Virus record (IMG/VR): IMGVR_UViG_3300003972_000015
Span: 1 to 38,924 of that record
Length of the DNA stretch: 38,924 bases
Strand: one strand, 5' to 3'
Origin: a virus
Taxonomy: Duplodnaviria > Caudoviricetes
Below are positions 35,486 to 38,924 of the stretch, in pieces. The notes under the pieces were generated by a model that saw nothing but the letters and a program-made list of their open reading frames with translations, made no database searches and was not told the origin of the DNA. Every line of letters starts with the position of its first letter. The first letter of the stretch is position 1. Both the position numbers and the translations under genes were made by a program.

Positions 35486-37039
35486 ATGGCCGTGTGCCCG
35501 AAGTACAAGATCGATTCCAATGTGACCGGTCTCCGGTACGCGGAGGAAGTCTGCCTCAAGCAGCTCCCGACGCTCGCCGCGGACGGTACTGACCCCGTGT
35601 GGATCGCGCTTGAGCCCAACAGTTACTCCGACTTCGGCGGGCAGGTGACCACGGTCGCTCGCAACCCCGTCAACCCGTCGCGCCAGCGCCGCAAAGGAGT
35701 GGTGACCGACCTCGAAGCGAGTGGTGGGTTCCAGCAGGACCTGACGTTCTTCAACTTCCGTGACCTGCTCCAGGGCTTCATGTTCGCCGACCTGCGCGAG
35801 AAGAAGTCCACGCGCCCCGCCAATGGCCCCGCTTTCGCCGTGACTGACGTGGCGGCGGTCGATAGCACCTACACTACCGAAGCGGGCGGCGGCGCCGGCT
35901 TCATTGAGGGGCACCTCATCGTTGCGGAGGGCTTCACCAACGCCGCAAACAACGGGATCAAGACCGTCGTGAGTTCGACTGGCTCCACCGTGGTCGTCGC
36001 CGAGGCAACGGTCGATGAGCCCGCTCCGCCTGCCGGTGCTGTCCTCGCGGTCGTCGGCTACCAGGCCGAGTCTGGCACGCTGGACATCGAGCTGAACGGT
36101 GGCCTCGTCCGTCTTGTTTCGAACGTTGGCGTCGACTTCACCACGCTCGGTCTCATCCCCGGAGAGTGGATCTTCATCGGAGGTGACCAGCCCGCGAACA
36201 GCTTCGCCAACAACGGCGGCTTCGCCCGCATCAGCACCATCACCGCCGACTACCTCGAGTTCGACAAGGTTGACTGGCCGAATCCGGTCGACGAGGCTGG
36301 CACGGGCAAGAGCATCAACCTGTACTTCGGCTCGGTGCTGAAGAACGAGTCTGATCCGGCTCTGATCAAGCGCCGTTCCTACCAGCTCGAGCGCACCTTG
36401 GGCCAGGACGCCAACGGCACGATGAGCGAGTACCTCGTCGGTGCGGTGCCGAACGAGCTCACGCTCAACGCGCCGCAGGCTGACAAGATCACGGTCGACC
36501 TGTCCTTCGTCGCCTGCGACCACGAGATCCGCAACGGTCTGACCGGTGTTAAGCCCGGCACCCGCGTGGGCGTTGTCGAGGGCGACGCCTTCAACACGTC
36601 GAGCGACTTCGCGCGCATCAAGATGGCGCTGGTGACCGAGGACGCGGCGATCCAGCCGCTGTTCGTCTTCGCCAGCGACCTGACGCTGACCGTCAACAAC
36701 AACGTGAGCGCCAACAAGGCCCTCGGCGTGCTCGGCGCATTCGACCTCAGCGCCGGCACCTTCGAGGTCGGTGGTTCCTTCACCGCGTACTTCGCCAGCG
36801 CCGAGTCAGTGCAGGCCGTGCGCAACAACGCCGACGTGACGGTGGACGTGATCATGGTGAAGAACAATCACGGCATCCTGTACGACATCCCGCTGCTCTC
36901 CTTGGGCAACGGTCGTCTCAACGTCGAGCAGGACCAGGCCATCACCCTCCCGCTTGAAACTAACGCGGCGGAGAGCAAGTTTGGGCATACGCTGCTGTGG
37001 CAGTTCTTCCCGTACCTGCCCAACGCTGCTACACTTTAA
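35486..37039 (+). CDS. Major tail tube protein
   Basis: 517 aa; IDSNVTGLRYAEE, LEPNSYSDFGG and RQRRKG; followed by the chaperone pair and tape measure. Confidence 0.8.
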   Translation: MAVCPKYKIDSNVTGLRYAEEVCLKQLPTLAADGTDPVWIALEPNSYSDFGGQVTTVARNPVNPSRQRRKGVVTDLEASGGFQQDLTFFNFRDLLQGFMFADLREKKSTRPANGPAFAVTDVAAVDSTYTTEAGGGAGFIEGHLIVAEGFTNAANNGIKTVVSSTGSTVVVAEATVDEPAPPAGAVLAVVGYQAESGTLDIELNGGLVRLVSNVGVDFTTLGLIPGEWIFIGGDQPANSFANNGGFARISTITADYLEFDKVDWPNPVDEAGTGKSINLYFGSVLKNESDPALIKRRSYQLERTLGQDANGTMSEYLVGAVPNELTLNAPQADKITVDLSFVACDHEIRNGLTGVKPGTRVGVVEGDAFNTSSDFARIKMALVTEDAAIQPLFVFASDLTLTVNNNVSANKALGVLGAFDLSAGTFEVGGSFTAYFASAESVQAVRNNADVTVDVIMVKNNHGILYDIPLLSLGNGRLNVEQDQAITLPLETNAAESKFGHTLLWQFFPYLPNAATL

Positions 37040-37067
37040 TTACCGACCGCCCTAGGAGAGTCTCCTC

Positions 37068-37499
37068 ATGAGCCTGTACAACATCTTCGAAACCGACAAG
37101 GGCCTCGAGCGCGACGGTGTCGTGCTGGACTACGGCTTCAATTCGAAGAATCAGCCGGTGCAGATCCGGATCGCCCGCGCCGGTGGCGCTAACATCAAGT
37201 TCGCCAAGGTGCTCGAGCAGAAGATGAAGCCCTACAAGCGGGCCATCGCCAACGACACCATGGACAACAAGGTGGCCGAGAAGCTTCTGATCGAGGCCTA
37301 CGCCGACGCTGTCATCCTTGGTTGGGAAGGTGTTGAGGACCGCGATGGGAACCCGTTGGACTTCACCCGCGAGAACGTGATCAAGGTCCTGACCGACCTG
37401 CCCGATCTGTTCCTGGACATCCAGCAGCAGTCCCAGAAGGCCGCTCTGTTCCGCGCCGAGCTGCGCGAGGCGGAGCAGGGAAACTCGCTGCGTTCCTGA
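37068..37499 (+). CDS. Tail assembly chaperone (gpG-like)
   Basis: Follows the tail tube gene; has the slippery heptamer G GGA AAC near its end. Confidence 0.8.
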   Translation: MSLYNIFETDKGLERDGVVLDYGFNSKNQPVQIRIARAGGANIKFAKVLEQKMKPYKRAIANDTMDNKVAEKLLIEAYADAVILGWEGVEDRDGNPLDFTRENVIKVLTDLPDLFLDIQQQSQKAALFRAELREAEQGNSLRS

Positions 37500-37864
37500 T
37501 CTACGGATTGGAGCAGGGACCGAACGAGCGTTATATCATCGAGCAGTGCGTCAGGGAGCGGCGTCCGCTTCCTGACGCGATTCAAAATGCGCCGGACCTG
37601 ATGCCTGGCTCGGAGCTGTTCTACATGGCGTTCATGGATTTGACGTCGAGTAGGTCGCTCGGGTACATGTCAGCCGGACCCATCCCTTGGCACGCGATCC
37701 ACCTTTACTGTGAAGCCAACGGAATCACGGGGGAGCAACGAGAAGACGTCTTCTACCATGTCGAGCACCTGGACAAGGTGTACTTGGACTGGTTAGCAAA
37801 GAAACAGAAACAGCGGCTGGACGCGAGCAAGCCATCACCAACTAAGCGAGGGCGGTCCAAATGA
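37478..37864 (+). CDS. Tail assembly chaperone -1 frameshift extension (gpGT-like)
   Basis: GGGAAAC at 37478-37484; the -1 frame is open (KLAAFLIYGLEQGPNE...) to 37864. Confidence 0.75.
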   Translation, partial: GKLAAFLIYGLEQGPNERYIIEQCVRERRPLPDAIQNAPDLMPGSELFYMAFMDLTSSRSLGYMSAGPIPWHAIHLYCEANGITGEQREDVFYHVEHLDKVYLDWLAKKQKQRLDASKPSPTKRGRSK

Positions 37865-38289
37865 CCGATTTGAAGACCTTCTCCCGGCGCATCAGGATCC
37901 GAGCTAACAAGATCTCGAAGAACACCGACGACCTGGTCAAGAAAGTCATCCTCGCGGTCGACCAGGCCGTCGTCCTTGCCACGCCCGTTGACACGGGCCG
38001 CGCACGCGCCAACTGGCGTCCCAGCATTGGCGCCCCCATCACCGACACCCTCCCCGAGCCGCCCAACAAGCAGGCCGGTCTGCGCAGTGCGCTGGACGCA
38101 GGCGAGCGGGTGGCAAGGCAGTACAAGGGCGGGGTCAACTCACCCACGGTTCATATCACGAACTCGCTGCCGTATATCAAGTCCCTGAACGACGGGTCGT
38201 CGAAGCAGGCTCCTCGCAACTTCGTGAACACCGCGATCCTGCTGGCCGTCAGCGTCATCCGCCGGGCCCGCATCATCGACATCAGGTGA
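37861..38289 (+). CDS. HK97 gp10-like tail completion protein
   Basis: TPVDTGRARANW and NSLPYI..LNDGSSKQAP motifs. Confidence 0.8.
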   Translation: MTDLKTFSRRIRIRANKISKNTDDLVKKVILAVDQAVVLATPVDTGRARANWRPSIGAPITDTLPEPPNKQAGLRSALDAGERVARQYKGGVNSPTVHITNSLPYIKSLNDGSSKQAPRNFVNTAILLAVSVIRRARIIDIR

Positions 38290-38293
38290 GGTC

Positions 38294-38924
38294 ATGACGA
38301 CCGAGGTCATTAACATTCAGGTTCGCGAGGACGGCTCCCGAGTCGTCGTCCGCAACATCGACGGCATTGGCACCGCGGCCGATCGAGCGTCGGGTCCTGT
38401 GAACCGACTGAAGGGGCTGCTCGCGACGCTGGTGACTGGCGCCGCTGTCACCCAGCTGGGTCGACTGGCGGACGAGTACACCAACCTCCAGAACCGACTG
38501 CGCCTGGTCACGACCGGTACGGAGAACCTGAGTCGTGTCACCAAGGAGCTGCTTGGCATCGCCAATCAGACCCGCTCGGACTTCACCGCCACCAGTGAGC
38601 TATACGCGAGGCTGGCCAGCACGACCAAGGAACTCGGTCTCTCGCAGCAGGAGCTGCTCGACTTCACCAAGCGCGTGAATCAGGCCATCGTGCTTTCTGG
38701 CGCCAGCTCCCAGGAAGCGGCCGGCGGCCTGCGACAGTTGGCGCAGGGTCTAGCGTCTGGCACGCTGCGCGGCGACGAGCTGAACTCCGTCATGGAGAAC
38801 TTCCCGAAGGTCGCGCAGATCATCGCGGAGGGCATGGGCGTCTCGATCGGCGAGGTCCGCAAGCTCGGTGCTGAGGGCAAGATCACCGCGCGGCAGATCG
38901 TCGACGCCTTCGCCAAGGCCGGCG
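38294..38924 (+). CDS. Tape measure protein (N-terminal part, runs off the window)
   Basis: LADEYTNLQNRLRLVT and QLAQGLASGTLRGDELNSVMEN match the tape-measure N-terminal pattern; no stop codon before the window end. Confidence 0.88.
   Translation, partial: MTTEVINIQVREDGSRVVVRNIDGIGTAADRASGPVNRLKGLLATLVTGAAVTQLGRLADEYTNLQNRLRLVTTGTENLSRVTKELLGIANQTRSDFTATSELYARLASTTKELGLSQQELLDFTKRVNQAIVLSGASSQEAAGGLRQLAQGLASGTLRGDELNSVMENFPKVAQIIAEGMGVSIGEVRKLGAEGKITARQIVDAFAKAG

Noticed and set aside
9222-36523. Long minus-strand ORFs (e.g. 9863-11200, 15221-16543, 27714-29042, 32696-34012, 35447-36523)
   Set aside because: They are antisense shadows of high-GC plus-strand genes, with no motifs or RBS.
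1-38924. Depletion of A-free restriction sites, which Z would not protect
   Set aside because: GGCC, CCGG and GCGC are plainly abundant; no avoidance is visible by eye, and a proper k-mer test could not be run.

Overview
A ~39-kb slice, about 65% GC by eye, of a siphovirus-type tailed phage of a Gram-negative host (it has i- and o-spanins). All supported genes are on the + strand. The order is: tail-tip genes and lysis cassette (1-4.5 kb); replication module (AEP primase, SNF2 helicase, SSB-like protein, UvrD-like helicase, family A polymerase); a 2-aminoadenine (Z-genome) cluster (dpoZ, purZ, mazZ/DUF550, datZ, plus a coupled uncharacterised gene); two nucleases; ~6.5 kb of small mosaic accessory genes; then terminase, portal, head, neck and tail genes, ending inside the tape measure. 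The phage DNA probably carries Z in place of A; this system is known, but its presence here is inferred from motifs. The non-coding DNA is highly patterned: two homologous GTGATA/TATCAC iteron-like elements bracket the whole early region; six sigma70-type promoters share an upstream GCCGACGAACGGTA box; three promoters have their -10 inside an inverted repeat; about 12 ATAGAGnATAGAG motifs precede early start codons; two intergenic leaders fold into candidate structured RNAs; and a local duplication fuses the polymerase C-terminus onto a small membrane protein. No integrase, repressor, tRNA or CRISPR array was recognised. All calls come from reading motifs by eye, with no database searches.
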